The position numbers were made by a program, and so were the translations under genes. The notes under the pieces were generated by a model. That model did no database searches. It saw nothing but the letters and a program-made list of their open reading frames with translations, and was not told where the DNA came from. A stretch of 64,000 bases of DNA from positions 1,789-65,788 of the forward strand of contig JACRNH010000024.1 of the NCBI GenBank assembly GCA_016219325.1, read 5' to 3'. This document shows, piece after piece, positions 1-10,908 of the stretch (position 1 is its first letter; each line of letters starts with the position of its first letter). This stretch comes from Candidatus Collierbacteria bacterium. GTDB taxonomy: Bacteria > Patescibacteriota > Microgenomatia > UBA1400 > JACPES01.

Positions 1-2034
1 CAATCAGTTACTGTTTTAGATCCGGCGGCTGGAACGTTGACTTTTCCGGCTGAAGCAATCCGATTAGCAATCGAGGAATATAAAAGAAAATATGGCGATG
101 GAGGGGTGAACGGGTTAATTAAAAACCATATACTGAAGAATTTCTATGCCTTTGAGTTAATGATGGCTTCATATGCTATTGGGCATCTGAAAATCGGTTT
201 TGTTTTGAATGAATATGGCTATAAATTATCTGATAACGAAAGATTCAATCTGTTTTTGACAAACACGTTAGATTTTAATAAAGAAGATCCAAATGTACTT
301 CCCGGGATTATTGAGCGTGAAATTGCAAAAGAGTCAATAGAAGCACTTAGGGTAAAAGAGGAAATTCCCGTTATGGTGATTATGGGTAATCCCCCATATT
401 CTGTGAGTTCTACGAATGTAATAAAAGAAGGTTCCGAATTTAAGAAGTTTTATGAAACTTACAAGGAAAATGTTAGAAAAGAGGAGAGGAATATCCAACC
501 GCTTTCTGATGACTACATCAAATTTATTGCTTTCGCTCATTGGAAAATAAAACAGGCTGGTAAGGGTATTGTTGGTATGATTACGAATAATTCATATTTA
601 GATGGGTTGATACATAGGGATATGCGTAAAAAATTACTTGATGATTTTGGCGAAATTTATATTTTAAATTTACATGGCAGTACTAAACGTCAGGAGAAAA
701 CACCCGATGGTAAAAGTGATGAAAATGTATTTGACATTCAACAAGGAGTAAGCATTATTTTGTTAATAAAAAATGAAAGTCAAAAAAGTTTGGTGAAATA
801 TGCAGATATTTGGGGATCAAGAGAATCAAAGTATAATTATTTAAAAAAGAATGATATATACGATACTAGATGGGAAAATATAATATCTCAAGAACCGCAT
901 AATTTTTTCACAATTAAAAATTTCGAGTGGTTCGAACTCTATGAACGTTTTATCTCGCTTGAAAAAATATTCAAACAATTTAATGCAGGTATAGCAACGG
1001 GAAAAGATAATTTACTTGTCAGTTTTAGCAAAGATGATTTGATAAGTAGACTCTCGATAGCCGAGAAATCATTATTCAATATTTCAATGCAAAGTTATAA
1101 AGTGTCGCAAGTCTTGGCCGACAGATTATTTGAACAACTTAATAAGTTAAAGGTTGGCAATAGCGTGATGCCATATAGTTATCGCCCATTTGATTCACGC
1201 TATACCATTTACGATAAACAAATTTTACAAAGGGCAAGAGATATTATCATGGGAAGTTTTTTGAAATCAAATTTGGGACTGGTAACGACAAAACAGCTTT
1301 CAACTGAGGAATTTAGGCACGCATGGGTTACAGAAACGATTTCTGATAGATGCTTAATTTCTCTACAAACGAGAGAAGTTTCATATGTTTTTCCTCTTTA
1401 TCTTTATAATGATTCTAAACAGCAAGATTTATTTGATAGTGAGAAAAAATATCAGAATATACAATGGGAAAATCTACCTATTTCTTGTTCAACTTTGCAG
1501 GGTTTTACTTCAAGAGCGACTGGTAATTTTATTCCGCCAGCAGAACAAATTTTTTATTATATCTATGCAATTCTTTATTCCGATATTTATCGTCAAAAAT
1601 ATAAGGAGTTTTTGAAAATTAATTTTCCGAGAATTCCATTTACCAAAAATTACGAGTTATTTAAGTTATTGGTGGAGTTGGGTGAACAATTAGTTAAATT
1701 GCATCTACTTAAATCGAAGGAGTTAGAGTACCCAATCGCAAAGTATTACGGCGAAGGAGTCGGAAATGTAGAAAAGCTGGAATATGTTGAAGATAGAAAA
1801 CGCGTTTATATAAACAAAACTCAATATTTTGAAGGAATAAAACCGAATCTTTGGAATTATTATATTGGTGGGTATCATGTGATAGACAAATGGCTAAAAG
1901 ATAGAAAGGGGAGATATTTGTCAGCTGAAGATATTCGTCACTATTGCCGAATGGTCACTGCTTTTTCTAGGACAATTGAAGTACAGGAAAGAATTGATAA
2001 ATTGTATTTAAGAGTAGAAAAGAGTTTAAATTAA
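1..2034 (+). CDS. N6-adenine DNA methyltransferase domain of a Type IIG restriction-modification / BREX PglX-like enzyme (5'-truncated by the window edge)
   Basis: The reading frame is open from nt 1. Motif I-like 'VLDPAAGTLTF' lies at nt 16-48 and motif IV 'GNPPYS' at about nt 391-408. A long C-terminal region (WNYYIGGYHVIDKWLKDRKGRYLS) resembles the TaqI-C/MmeI/PglX-type specificity and helper domain. Confidence 0.7.
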   Translation, partial: QSVTVLDPAAGTLTFPAEAIRLAIEEYKRKYGDGGVNGLIKNHILKNFYAFELMMASYAIGHLKIGFVLNEYGYKLSDNERFNLFLTNTLDFNKEDPNVLPGIIEREIAKESIEALRVKEEIPVMVIMGNPPYSVSSTNVIKEGSEFKKFYETYKENVRKEERNIQPLSDDYIKFIAFAHWKIKQAGKGIVGMITNNSYLDGLIHRDMRKKLLDDFGEIYILNLHGSTKRQEKTPDGKSDENVFDIQQGVSIILLIKNESQKSLVKYADIWGSRESKYNYLKKNDIYDTRWENIISQEPHNFFTIKNFEWFELYERFISLEKIFKQFNAGIATGKDNLLVSFSKDDLISRLSIAEKSLFNISMQSYKVSQVLADRLFEQLNKLKVGNSVMPYSYRPFDSRYTIYDKQILQRARDIIMGSFLKSNLGLVTTKQLSTEEFRHAWVTETISDRCLISLQTREVSYVFPLYLYNDSKQQDLFDSEKKYQNIQWENLPISCSTLQGFTSRATGNFIPPAEQIFYYIYAILYSDIYRQKYKEFLKINFPRIPFTKNYELFKLLVELGEQLVKLHLLKSKELEYPIAKYYGEGVGNVEKLEYVEDRKRVYINKTQYFEGIKPNLWNYYIGGYHVIDKWLKDRKGRYLSAEDIRHYCRMVTAFSRTIEVQERIDKLYLRVEKSLN

Positions 2035-2251
2035 AAGTAAATATTAAAAGTGAGCAGGAAGAAATAGGAAGAACATAAGCTAAAGAGTTTTAATGAAACT
2101 GTAAGATGGTTTGATAAATTTAGCGAAATTAAATAAATTTATAAGTTCTACGGCCTCACGCCAGCCTACCCAGAGCTTGGTCGAAGGAAGAATATGAGAA
2201 TGAATTAAGGTCTTCAGACGGTGAGAATTTTGATGTAAAATAATTTATTAA

Positions 2252-2524
2252 ATGAAACCATTTCCAAAACCAATCAAGATTCAAATTATTTATGACAAGG
2301 ATCTGCAGAAAATAACCGGAGTGGCAAGCGAAGAGGCGGTAGTCTCCGAAGGATTAAATTTTTTGATGATGCTCAAATTTATATTTGACTCATATCCGAA
2401 GATATTCAGGCAATATCCACCCGGCAGCATGAGTTTATCGCTCAATGGCAAGCGGCCCACAGAATTTGAAATTCTTAGCGATGGAGATGAGATAAAATTA
2501 TCAGTGAATTATCAGGTCAATTAA
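2252..2524 (+). CDS. Hypothetical small protein, MoaD/ThiS-like (beta-grasp); no C-terminal GG
   Basis: A 90-aa ORF whose '...SLSLNGKRPTEFEILSDGDEIKL' resembles ThiS/MoaD. It has no GG terminus. The call is weak. Confidence 0.3.
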   Translation: MKPFPKPIKIQIIYDKDLQKITGVASEEAVVSEGLNFLMMLKFIFDSYPKIFRQYPPGSMSLSLNGKRPTEFEILSDGDEIKLSVNYQVN

Positions 2525-2605
2525 CTAAAATTTTATTAATGTCGTCCAAACATTCTCAAATTCTTGAGAATATGAAAAATATGGATAAGGGTTGAATTTT
2601 CGTTC

Positions 2606-2634
2606 TTGACATTAAGCGTTTGTCAGGTATACTA
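2606..2634 (+). promoter_or_regulatory. Sigma70-like promoter (TTGACA-17 nt-TATACT) upstream of rpoB
   Basis: TTGACA at 2606-2611, a 17-nt spacer, then TATACT at 2629-2634. Confidence 0.5.
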
Positions 2635-2670
2635 CTCACTAGCTTAGGCACAAACCGTTCAACGGTAAAT

Positions 2671-2706
2671 TGTTTGGTGCCGTTTGCGCCTTCTAAAAGA
2701 AGGCGG
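2671..2706 (+). terminator. Intrinsic-terminator-like hairpin (attenuator?) in the rpoB leader
   Basis: The sequence gcgccttc-taaaa-gaaggcgg is followed by gttttttg. It lies between the promoter and the rpoB ATG at 2737. A second upstream hairpin is ggcacaaac...gtttggtgcc. Confidence 0.4.
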
Positions 2707-2736
2707 TTTTTTGTCATCACATAATTTAAGGCTTAA

Positions 2737-5700
2737 ATGTTTCGCACTCTACCAACAAGACAGTACTGGGGCAAAACTAATTTGCCCTTACCAGATTTAG
2801 ATTTATTGTCAGTTCAAAAAGAGTCTTATCAACACTTTTTAACTGAAGGAATTTCTTGGGCCCTTTCGGAGGCTTCTCCAATTACCGATCCTTCAAAAAA
2901 AATGTGGCAGTTGATTTTTGGGAAACATCAGTTGGGAAAACCAAAAATTACGGTTGAAGAAGCACTGACAAAAGGCTTGACTTACGATGCGCCATTAACT
3001 GCAGAAGCTACTTTAACTAATATAAAGACTAATGAGACTTTGATAGAAGAAGTCTTTTTGGGGGACATCCCGGTAATGACGGATATTGGTACTTTTGTGA
3101 TTGCCGGAGTAGAGCGCTGTGTTGTTAATCAATTAGTCAGATCTCCTGGTGTGTTTTTTACCAGTGATGTTGACCAACCTTCCGGTCGAAATTTATTCAT
3201 TGCGGAATTAAGGCCGATTAGGGGATCATGGTTGGAATTTAGCGTTAGCCGAAATGATGTGATTACCGTAAAAGTTGATAGAGGAAGGAAAATTCCGGTC
3301 ACTGTATTACTAAAATCTATGGGCTATGTTGCTGATGAGCAGATCACGGGATTATTTAAAGATGTTGATATCGATCCTGACCATCATTATATTTTTAGCA
3401 CCATTAGCAGAGATCAGACAAAAACGAAGGAAGAAGCTCTAGTCGAATTTTATGAAAAAATCAGACCTGGGGAACCGGCTGTTTTAGAAAATGCCAGATC
3501 GCTTTTTTATGAATCTTTCTTTGATCCTAAAAGATATGATATTGGTGAAGTTGGTAGGTATAAATTAAACCGCCGTCTTGGCTTATCTCAGCCATTGACA
3601 CGAGATTATTGGGTATTAACTCCGGACGATTTTATCGCGGTTATTAAAACTTTAATTAAACTCCAAAGGGGGATCGGGGTGGCAGATGACATAGACCATT
3701 TAGCCAATAGAAGAGTTAGAAGGGTTGGAGAATTGGTTCACCAGACTGCTTTTAGAGTTGGTCTATTGAGATTAGAAAGATCAATTTCAGAAAAGATGGC
3801 ATTTGCAAAACCAGGAGAACTTCCAGGTCCGGCTGCATTGGTTAATGCTAGACCTATAATTGCCGTAGTCTCCGAATTTTTTAAGAGGAATCGATTATCT
3901 ACAATATTAGATCAAACCAATCCTCTTTCTGAAATTGATAATTTAAGAAGATTGTCAGTAATGGGGCCAGGTGGAGTAACAAAGGAAAGGGCCAGTTTTT
4001 CAATGAGAGATATAAACTCGAGTCAGTATTCCAGGATTTGTCCGGTTAGATCACCGGAAGGACCAAACATAGGATTGGTCACCTATTTGGCAATTTATGC
4101 CAGAATCAATAAATATGGCTTTATTGAGGCCCCTTATAGAAAAGTCGAAAAAATTACCAAAAATGGTAAAATCAAAATGAAACTAACCAACGAAGTGGTT
4201 TATCTTCAGGCTGACGATGAAGAAAAATATAAGATTACTCATGCCGAAATTCCCATAGATAAACATGGTTGTATTGATGCAGATTGGCTTCCGATCCGCT
4301 ATATGCGTCAATTTACAGAAGGCCCGGTTGAGGAAATTGAATTAGTTGACATAGTTAGTCGTCAAGCGGTGGGCACTTCGGCCAATCTAATTCCTTTTTT
4401 GGCCCATGATGAGGCAAATAGAGCTTTAATGGGAACTCATATGCAATGTCAGGCAGTGCCTTTGGTAAAGACAGAATCTCCTGTTATAGGAACTGGGCTA
4501 GAAGATGTTGTAATTAAGCAGATGAGAAGAGCAATTTATGCAGAAGAAGATGGAGAGATTTTATCTGTTGATGCTTCAGGAGTTGAGTTTAGAGCTAAGA
4601 GTGAAATAAAACATTACACTATTGAGAAATTCAAGCGTTCTTCACAATCAACTTGTTATTCCCAGAAACCAGTTGTTAGGGCTGGCAGCAAAGTTAAGAA
4701 TGGAGATTTATTAATTGATGGTCCGGCTTCAAATAATGGTGAGTTAGCCTTAGGTAAGAATTTAGTAATTGCCTATTCTAATTTTGAAGGTTTGGGATAT
4801 GAAGACGCAATTATTATTTCGGATAAATTAGTTAAGGAAGATTTGCTGACCTCCATACACATAAATGAATATGAGGCCCAATTAATGGATACAAAATTAG
4901 GGCCTGAAGAGTTTACAAAAGATATTCCTAATGTTGGAGAGTCAGAATTAGCCAATCTTGGAGAAGACGGTATTGTAGTGGTCGGAGCTAATGTTAGTCC
5001 AAACGATATTTTGGTTGGCAAGATTGCCCCCAAGGGCGAAACAGAACTAACTGCAGAAGAAAGGTTATTGAGGGCAATATTTGGAGAAAAAGCCAGAGAA
5101 GTCCGTGACACTTCATTAAGAATGCCTCATGGAGAGCAAGGGACTGTTATAGACATTAAAATTTTAGATAGAGAGAAGGAAGATGAGCTAGAACCGGGAG
5201 TTCTTAAGAAGGTTATAGTTAAAGTTGCACAATTGCGTAAAGTGACAGTAGGAGACAAATTGGCTGGACGTCACGGAAATAAAGGCGTTATTAGCAAAGT
5301 CGTTCCTGTCGCCGATATGCCATATTTGTCTGACGGAACAGCAGTAGATATTATTATTAGCCCACTGTCTGTTTTGCAAAGAATGAATGTTGGTCAGTTA
5401 TTAGAAGCGCATTTAGGTTGGGCAGCTAAAATGAAAAATATCAGAATTGCAATTCCGGTTTTCGAATCAATTTCTGAAGATAAAATTTCATCCGAAATGG
5501 AATCTTCAGGTCTTCCTGTTTCAGGAAAAGTCAGATTGATTGACGGAAGGACAGGAGAGCTCTTTAAAGAAGAGACTGTTGTCGGCGTTGCTTACATTAT
5601 GAAATTATCTCATATGGTAGAAGATAAGCTTCATGCTAGGTCAACTGGTCCATACTCTCTAGTTACCCAGCAACCTTTGGGCGGAAAAGCCCAAATGGGA

Positions 5701-6126
5701 GGACAGAGATTAGGAGAAATGGAAGTTTGGGCTTTGGAAGCTCATCGCGCTGCCCATACTTTACAGGAAATGCTAACCATTAAGTCGGATGACGTTGTTG
5801 GGAGAGCCAAGGCTTTTGAAGCTATCGTTAAAGGAGAAGAAATTCCTGAGGCAATGATTCCGGAATCATTTAAAGTCTTAATGAAAGAACTAAATTCTTT
5901 GGTTTTAAATGTCGTTCCGACAAGAATAATTGAAGCTGTTAGCCCTATTACGCCGCAATCTGGAGGGCCAAAAGCTTTACCGATAACTGATGATCAGGCA
6001 GCTGGAGTAACCGATGATTCAATAAGTGTAAGTTTAAATGACAATAGCAACGATAGCTCTGTAAAAAATAAAAAAAAGCAGGATAAAGAGGATAAAAAAG
6101 AAGATAAAAAGGAGACGGTAAAATGA
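2737..6126 (+). CDS. rpoB: DNA-directed RNA polymerase subunit beta
   Basis: Hallmark RpoB segments are present ([10 protein letters not shown]...[10 protein letters not shown], the rifampicin-region motif). The protein is 1129 aa with an unusual K/E/D-rich low-complexity C-terminal tail. Confidence 0.97.
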   Translation: MFRTLPTRQYWGKTNLPLPDLDLLSVQKESYQHFLTEGISWALSEASPITDPSKKMWQLIFGKHQLGKPKITVEEALTKGLTYDAPLTAEATLTNIKTNETLIEEVFLGDIPVMTDIGTFVIAGVERCVVNQLVRSPGVFFTSDVDQPSGRNLFIAELRPIRGSWLEFSVSRNDVITVKVDRGRKIPVTVLLKSMGYVADEQITGLFKDVDIDPDHHYIFSTISRDQTKTKEEALVEFYEKIRPGEPAVLENARSLFYESFFDPKRYDIGEVGRYKLNRRLGLSQPLTRDYWVLTPDDFIAVIKTLIKLQRGIGVADDIDHLANRRVRRVGELVHQTAFRVGLLRLERSISEKMAFAKPGELPGPAALVNARPIIAVVSEFFKRNRLSTILDQTNPLSEIDNLRRLSVMGPGGVTKERASFSMRDINSSQYSRICPVRSPEGPNIGLVTYLAIYARINKYGFIEAPYRKVEKITKNGKIKMKLTNEVVYLQADDEEKYKITHAEIPIDKHGCIDADWLPIRYMRQFTEGPVEEIELVDIVSRQAVGTSANLIPFLAHDEANRALMGTHMQCQAVPLVKTESPVIGTGLEDVVIKQMRRAIYAEEDGEILSVDASGVEFRAKSEIKHYTIEKFKRSSQSTCYSQKPVVRAGSKVKNGDLLIDGPASNNGELALGKNLVIAYSNFEGLGYEDAIIISDKLVKEDLLTSIHINEYEAQLMDTKLGPEEFTKDIPNVGESELANLGEDGIVVVGANVSPNDILVGKIAPKGETELTAEERLLRAIFGEKAREVRDTSLRMPHGEQGTVIDIKILDREKEDELEPGVLKKVIVKVAQLRKVTVGDKLAGRHGNKGVISKVVPVADMPYLSDGTAVDIIISPLSVLQRMNVGQLLEAHLGWAAKMKNIRIAIPVFESISEDKISSEMESSGLPVSGKVRLIDGRTGELFKEETVVGVAYIMKLSHMVEDKLHARSTGPYSLVTQQPLGGKAQMGGQRLGEMEVWALEAHRAAHTLQEMLTIKSDDVVGRAKAFEAIVKGEEIPEAMIPESFKVLMKELNSLVLNVVPTRIIEAVSPITPQSGGPKALPITDDQAAGVTDDSISVSLNDNSNDSSVKNKKKQDKEDKKEDKKETVK

Positions 6127-9100
6127 AAACAATGGTTGATTTTCGCGGGTTAAAATTGGAATTGGCATCATCCGAAGTTATCCGGTCGTGGTCTCATGGA
6201 GAAGTAACTAAACCAGAAACAATTAATTACCGGACCTTAAAGCCGGAAAAAGACGGTTTGTTTTGCGAAAGGATATTCGGTCCTACCAGAGACTACGAAT
6301 GTTATTGCGGAAAATACAAGAGGATAAGATTCCGCGGAATCGTCTGCGATAAATGCGGCGTTGAAGTCACACAATCCAGAGTCAGGCGGGAAAGAATGGC
6401 TCATATCAATTTAGCGTCTCCGGTTGTTCATGTTTGGTACTTCAAAGGAGCTCCAAGTCAGCTTTCTCTTTTATTAAATATTTCTCCGAAGAGTCTTACC
6501 AGGGTTATTTATTTTGCCCAATATGTAGTTCTGGACGTTGATAAAAAAGTTGAAGAGCAGGTAATAAAAGATTTAAAAGAAGGTTTGAACAAAAAGCATA
6601 AAGAAATGGATGAAAAAGCCGAAAAAGAAATAGAAGAAGTCAAATCAGCCGGCGAAAAAGAAATTGCGGCTGAAATAAAGAATAATAACGGAGGAAAAGA
6701 ACAATTGGAACTGAAAACTAGAGAAACCCAATTTAGAGTAAAACAGGAAATTGCCAGAATTAGAGAATTGTTAGTTAAAGAGAAAGATACGGCTGCCGAA
6801 GTATTTAAAGCAGTCTTGAATTTGTCCTCCAGGCTGGAAAGAAGATCTTTGCTGACAGAAGACGAATATTTGAAATTGTTAGAATATAACGCTACCGATC
6901 ACTTAAAATTAGGGATGGGAGCAGAGGCTGTAGAAGAGCTTTTGTCGGATTTGAATTTAGTGGCAATCCGCGATCAGCTCCGTCAGGAATTGATTACGGC
7001 TACAGGCGCTGCTAAAACCAAAAAATCAAAACGATTAAGATTAATAGACGGACTAATTGAAGCTAAGATTGACCCCCGCTGGTCTTTGGTAAGAGTTTTA
7101 CCGGTTTTGCCGCCGGACTTGCGGCCAATGGTCCAATTATCCGGAGGCAGATTTGCTACTTCAGACCTTAACGATTTATACCGCCGCGTAATCAACAGGA
7201 ATAATCGTTTAAAGCATCTCATTGATCTGGGCGCTCCGGAAATTATTTTAAGAAATGAAAAAAGAATGCTTCAGGAAGCAGTTGATTCGCTAATTGATTC
7301 TCCGCAATCTCGGACTACCAGACGGCAAACTTTACGCCGCGAGTTGAAGTCCTTGTCAGAAATGTTGCGCGGAAAACAAGGCCGGTTTAGGCAAAATCTT
7401 TTAGGAAAAAGAGTTGATTATTCAGGCCGTTCCGTGATTGTGGTTGGTCCTGAATTAAAACTTAATCAATGCGGTTTGCCAAAAGATATGGCGCTAGAAA
7501 TGTTTAAGCCTTTCGTTTTAAGAGAATTAATTTCTCAAGGGATAAGTCCTAATGTCCGTTCGGCTAAGGCGGCTTTGGAAAGAAGGAGTCCGGAAGTTTA
7601 TGACATATTAGAAAAAATTACTAAAGATCATCCTGTTTTGCTTAACCGCGCTCCGACTTTGCATAAATTAGGAATTCAAGCCTTCTATCCGATTTTAATT
7701 GAAGGCAGCGCTATCAGAATTCACCCCTGTGTTTGTTCGGGCTATAACGCAGATTTTGACGGTGATCAAATGGCCGTTCATGTTCCCCTGTCGGTTCATG
7801 CTCAAGAAGAAGCCGCATCCATTATGATGCCGGAGCGTAATTTATTAAAGCCTTCCAGCGGGACCCCGATTACCGTTCCGAATAAGGAAATGGCGATGGG
7901 ATGTTATTATTTGACGTCTTATGACCCTGCTCTAAAATTAAGCAACACTGTTTTCTCCGGTAAAGAAGAAGTAATGACGGCTTTGCAAAATAACTTTATT
8001 GAGTATCGTCAGCCGATCATGGTCAGAATTGAAGGAAAAATTATTGAAACTACCGCCGGAAGGATTATTTTTAACCGCGCTTTGCCGGACAACGTGCCGT
8101 TTATGAACCGGGCGATTACCGCCGGAGCGATTCAGGATTTGGTCAGAGAAGCCATTGGCAAATTTAGTATTGAAGATACGGTTAAAATTATTGATTCCAT
8201 TAAAGAAGTCGGATTTAACGCCGCCACCATTTCCGGATTATCGGTTTCCGTAAGCGATTGTGTGATTATTCCCGGAAAAGATGATCTTATTAATGACGCT
8301 AATCAACGGGCTGTTCAAATTGAGCAGAATTTTGATACCGGATTGATTACTAATGAAGAACGCCGCAGGCTGACCAATCAGTTGTGGATGGAAACTACGG
8401 ATGATATTGCCGAAAAGACATGGAATTCGTTGGGTGAAAATAATGCGGTTAAAATTATCATTGATTCAGGCGGTACCAGGGCTAGCCGGGATCAGGTTAA
8501 ACAACTTTCGGCTATGAGAGGACTGGTGGTTGATCCGCTAGGCAACATCGTGGAACTGCCGACAAAATCCAATTTCAGACAGGGGTTGTCGGTGTTTGAA
8601 TATGTCACCAGTACCAGGGGATCCAGAAAGGGTTTAACAGATTCAGCTCTGAAGACTGCCGATGCCGGTTATTTGACCCGGAGATTGGTTGACGTTACCC
8701 ATGACGTAATTGTCAGAAGCGATGATTGCGGTACCGAGGGCGGCCTAACAATTTCCAAAACCAACCGCCGCGGGGACCAGTTTATTAAAAGAACTATAGG
8801 CCGGGTTTTAGCTGAAGATGTGCAGGACGGTAAAAAAATAATTGCCAAACGCGGTGATTTAATCGACGAACAAGTCCAGAAATTGTTATTGGGAGTTGGA
8901 GTGGAATCAATAGTTGTTAGGTCACCGTTGACCTGCGTTTTGCCTTACGGAATTTGCAAAATGTGTTACGGTTGGGATTTCGGACAAAGAAAACTGGCGG
9001 AGTTAGGTTTCCCGGCCGGAGTAGTTGCCGCCCAATCAATCGGAGAACCGGGAACTCAATTGACAATGCGGATTAAGCATACCGGAGGTATCGTCGGTTT

Positions 9101-9815
9101 GGACGTTACCCAAGGCTTGCCCCGGGTTGAAGAATTGTTTGAAGCCAGAACTCCCAAAATGTTGGCCCCGATTGCCGGAATCGCCGGAAAGGTTGAAATT
9201 AAAGAAATTGACCGTGGAATTATGATTAAAATTTCCGGTAAAGACGGGATTGAAGAAAAGCACTTGGTTTCGGCCACTGCCCAACTTCAGATTCAGAACG
9301 GCCAGCAGGTTCCGGCCGGCTGGCAAATGGCCACAGGCACTTTGGATGTTGATCAACTGGTAGAGATTAAAGGTGTCCGTGAAGCCCAGGAATATCTGAT
9401 TCACGAAATTCAAACAGTTTACGAATCTCAAGGAATTCCGATTAACGACAAGCATTTTGAAGTTATAGTCAGAAAAATGAGCGATAAGGCCAGAATAACC
9501 GATCCGGGATCCACCGCCTTTTTGCACGGCGAATTAGTCGATTCGGTGACTTTGAATACCACTAATGCTCAAGTGATGGCTTCAGGCGGAAAACCTGCAG
9601 CAGTCACTCAAGTGATTTTGGGGATTACCCGGGCCAGCCTTTATACCCATTCATGGTTATCGGCGGCCTCATTTATTGAAACCACCAAAGTCTTAACCGA
9701 AGCCGCATTGGAAGGCAAGGAAGACCCGCTATTGGGATTAAAAGAAAACGTGATTATCGGCAGGCTGATTCCTACTTCCGAAGACCGCGCCGCCATCCCC
9801 GCGTCCCAGGGTTGA
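6123..9815 (+). CDS. rpoC: DNA-directed RNA polymerase subunit beta'
   Basis: The catalytic motif [14 protein letters not shown] and the zinc-binding cysteines [18 protein letters not shown] are present. The start overlaps the rpoB stop (ATGA). Confidence 0.97.
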   Translation: MKTMVDFRGLKLELASSEVIRSWSHGEVTKPETINYRTLKPEKDGLFCERIFGPTRDYECYCGKYKRIRFRGIVCDKCGVEVTQSRVRRERMAHINLASPVVHVWYFKGAPSQLSLLLNISPKSLTRVIYFAQYVVLDVDKKVEEQVIKDLKEGLNKKHKEMDEKAEKEIEEVKSAGEKEIAAEIKNNNGGKEQLELKTRETQFRVKQEIARIRELLVKEKDTAAEVFKAVLNLSSRLERRSLLTEDEYLKLLEYNATDHLKLGMGAEAVEELLSDLNLVAIRDQLRQELITATGAAKTKKSKRLRLIDGLIEAKIDPRWSLVRVLPVLPPDLRPMVQLSGGRFATSDLNDLYRRVINRNNRLKHLIDLGAPEIILRNEKRMLQEAVDSLIDSPQSRTTRRQTLRRELKSLSEMLRGKQGRFRQNLLGKRVDYSGRSVIVVGPELKLNQCGLPKDMALEMFKPFVLRELISQGISPNVRSAKAALERRSPEVYDILEKITKDHPVLLNRAPTLHKLGIQAFYPILIEGSAIRIHPCVCSGYNADFDGDQMAVHVPLSVHAQEEAASIMMPERNLLKPSSGTPITVPNKEMAMGCYYLTSYDPALKLSNTVFSGKEEVMTALQNNFIEYRQPIMVRIEGKIIETTAGRIIFNRALPDNVPFMNRAITAGAIQDLVREAIGKFSIEDTVKIIDSIKEVGFNAATISGLSVSVSDCVIIPGKDDLINDANQRAVQIEQNFDTGLITNEERRRLTNQLWMETTDDIAEKTWNSLGENNAVKIIIDSGGTRASRDQVKQLSAMRGLVVDPLGNIVELPTKSNFRQGLSVFEYVTSTRGSRKGLTDSALKTADAGYLTRRLVDVTHDVIVRSDDCGTEGGLTISKTNRRGDQFIKRTIGRVLAEDVQDGKKIIAKRGDLIDEQVQKLLLGVGVESIVVRSPLTCVLPYGICKMCYGWDFGQRKLAELGFPAGVVAAQSIGEPGTQLTMRIKHTGGIVGLDVTQGLPRVEELFEARTPKMLAPIAGIAGKVEIKEIDRGIMIKISGKDGIEEKHLVSATAQLQIQNGQQVPAGWQMATGTLDVDQLVEIKGVREAQEYLIHEIQTVYESQGIPINDKHFEVIVRKMSDKARITDPGSTAFLHGELVDSVTLNTTNAQVMASGGKPAAVTQVILGITRASLYTHSWLSAASFIETTKVLTEAALEGKEDPLLGLKENVIIGRLIPTSEDRAAIPASQG

Positions 9816-9848
9816 CAGTTATCTTTTTACCAGATACAGTTGTAAGCA

Positions 9849-10514
9849 ATGAAAAATCCATTTTTTTGGGGACTGATTTTAATGGGAATAGTTTTTGCAA
9901 TATCATCCAAAACAATTTATGCCGTTGCAAAGCCACGTTTATATCTTGACCCGGCTGCGGATAGCGTTGAATCCGGATCGCAATTAACGCTTAATTTATC
10001 AATAGATGCCGGGGCTAAATCGGTAGTTGCTGCAGACGCAAAAATTTCTTTTCCGAAAGCCAAGCTGGAAGTTGTTTCTGTTAAAGTCGGAACATATTTT
10101 GATTCCATCAGTAAAATTATCGGAAATCAAACCGGGAATCTGGAAATTCACGCGTACAGTAAAGCTCAAGGCGAAACAAAAACAGGAGCAGGCGTCTTGG
10201 CTGTAATAACTTTTAAATCTTTATCTCCGGGTTCGGCAATCATTGATTTAATTTGTGTTGACGGAAGCACCACCGATAGCAATATCGCGGATGCGTCCGG
10301 AAACGATATTATTGATTGTTCACAAACCGCCGGGTCTGAAATTGTGGTTGTTCAAGCCGGAGCTGAAGCGGCCGTTGCCGCGACTCCGACGCCTAAACCT
10401 ACTAGTCTGCCGAAAGCCGGAAATATGACTCCATCTTTAATGCTGATGGCGGTTGGATCTTTAAGCCTGATTATTGGTTTTTCCGTCCTAGCTTTTCAAA
10501 AAGAACCGGCATGA
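9849..10514 (+). CDS. Secreted/anchored surface protein with a cohesin-like beta-sandwich domain and a C-terminal LPKAG + TM sorting-signal-like tail
   Basis: It has an N-terminal signal/TM segment. The middle segment shows a cohesin-like pattern (ISFPKAKLEVVSVKVGTYFD...GVLAVITFKSL). The C-terminus is 'SLPKAGN' + hydrophobic segment + QKEPA. Confidence 0.45.
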   Translation: MKNPFFWGLILMGIVFAISSKTIYAVAKPRLYLDPAADSVESGSQLTLNLSIDAGAKSVVAADAKISFPKAKLEVVSVKVGTYFDSISKIIGNQTGNLEIHAYSKAQGETKTGAGVLAVITFKSLSPGSAIIDLICVDGSTTDSNIADASGNDIIDCSQTAGSEIVVVQAGAEAAVAATPTPKPTSLPKAGNMTPSLMLMAVGSLSLIIGFSVLAFQKEPA

Positions 10515-10825
10515 AAAGAAAACAAATATCTGCAGTCGCGTTGTTATCTTTATTATTGGGAGCTGGTCTGGCCGGCGGGCTATATGTGATTAATACCCCG
10601 ACGAAAATCGCCCCTAGAGCCGTATCTCCTGCTCTAATTAACCAATTATCTCCGGCTAAACCAACAACGGAATCTTCTCCTTCGCCGGCAGTAACTTCTG
10701 TTAAATCCCGGTTATCGGAGCAGGCCATAATTGACGCTTTCGGAACGGCCGCAACAGAATACGATCTCAACCAGGACGGCATCGTTAATACCCTAGATTT
10801 ATCTGAATTCAGGAAAAACCATTAA
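10511..10825 (+). CDS. Small secreted protein with a single dockerin-type calcium-binding repeat
   Basis: It has a signal peptide and an S/P-rich linker. The C-terminal 'DLNQDGIVNTLDLSEF' matches the dockerin repeat consensus DxNxDGxVNxxDxxxL. It overlaps the upstream gene by 4 nt. Confidence 0.45.
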   Translation: MKRKQISAVALLSLLLGAGLAGGLYVINTPTKIAPRAVSPALINQLSPAKPTTESSPSPAVTSVKSRLSEQAIIDAFGTAATEYDLNQDGIVNTLDLSEFRKNH

Positions 10826-10849
10826 TTCGCCTCTAAAATATTTCTTCTT

Positions 10850-10885
10850 TGTCATTCCGTGCTTGACACGGAATCTATACAAATA
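10850..10885. repeat. Family-A hairpin repeat (TGTCATTCC-stem-loop-GGAATCTATACAAATA)
   Basis: tgtcattccGTGCTTGACACggaatctatacaaata lies between the convergent genes 10511(+) and 10909(-). Eleven or more related copies occur in the window. Confidence 0.8.
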
Positions 10886-10908
10886 TTTATCTAGATTCTA
10901 GAATTACT

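Noticed and set aside
334-1615. ORFs 334..540 (minus) and 1385..1615 (plus) inside the methyltransferase gene
   Set aside because: They are alternative-frame or antisense ORFs with AT-rich, codon-biased nonsense translations.
4773-5379. Antisense ORFs inside rpoB (4773..5111 minus, 5188..5379 minus)
   Set aside because: They are embedded antisense in a highly conserved gene and have low-complexity translations. Typical shadow ORFs.
6983-9527. Antisense ORFs inside rpoC (6983..7222, 9036..9527, 9056..9277, all minus)
   Set aside because: Shadow ORFs within rpoC.
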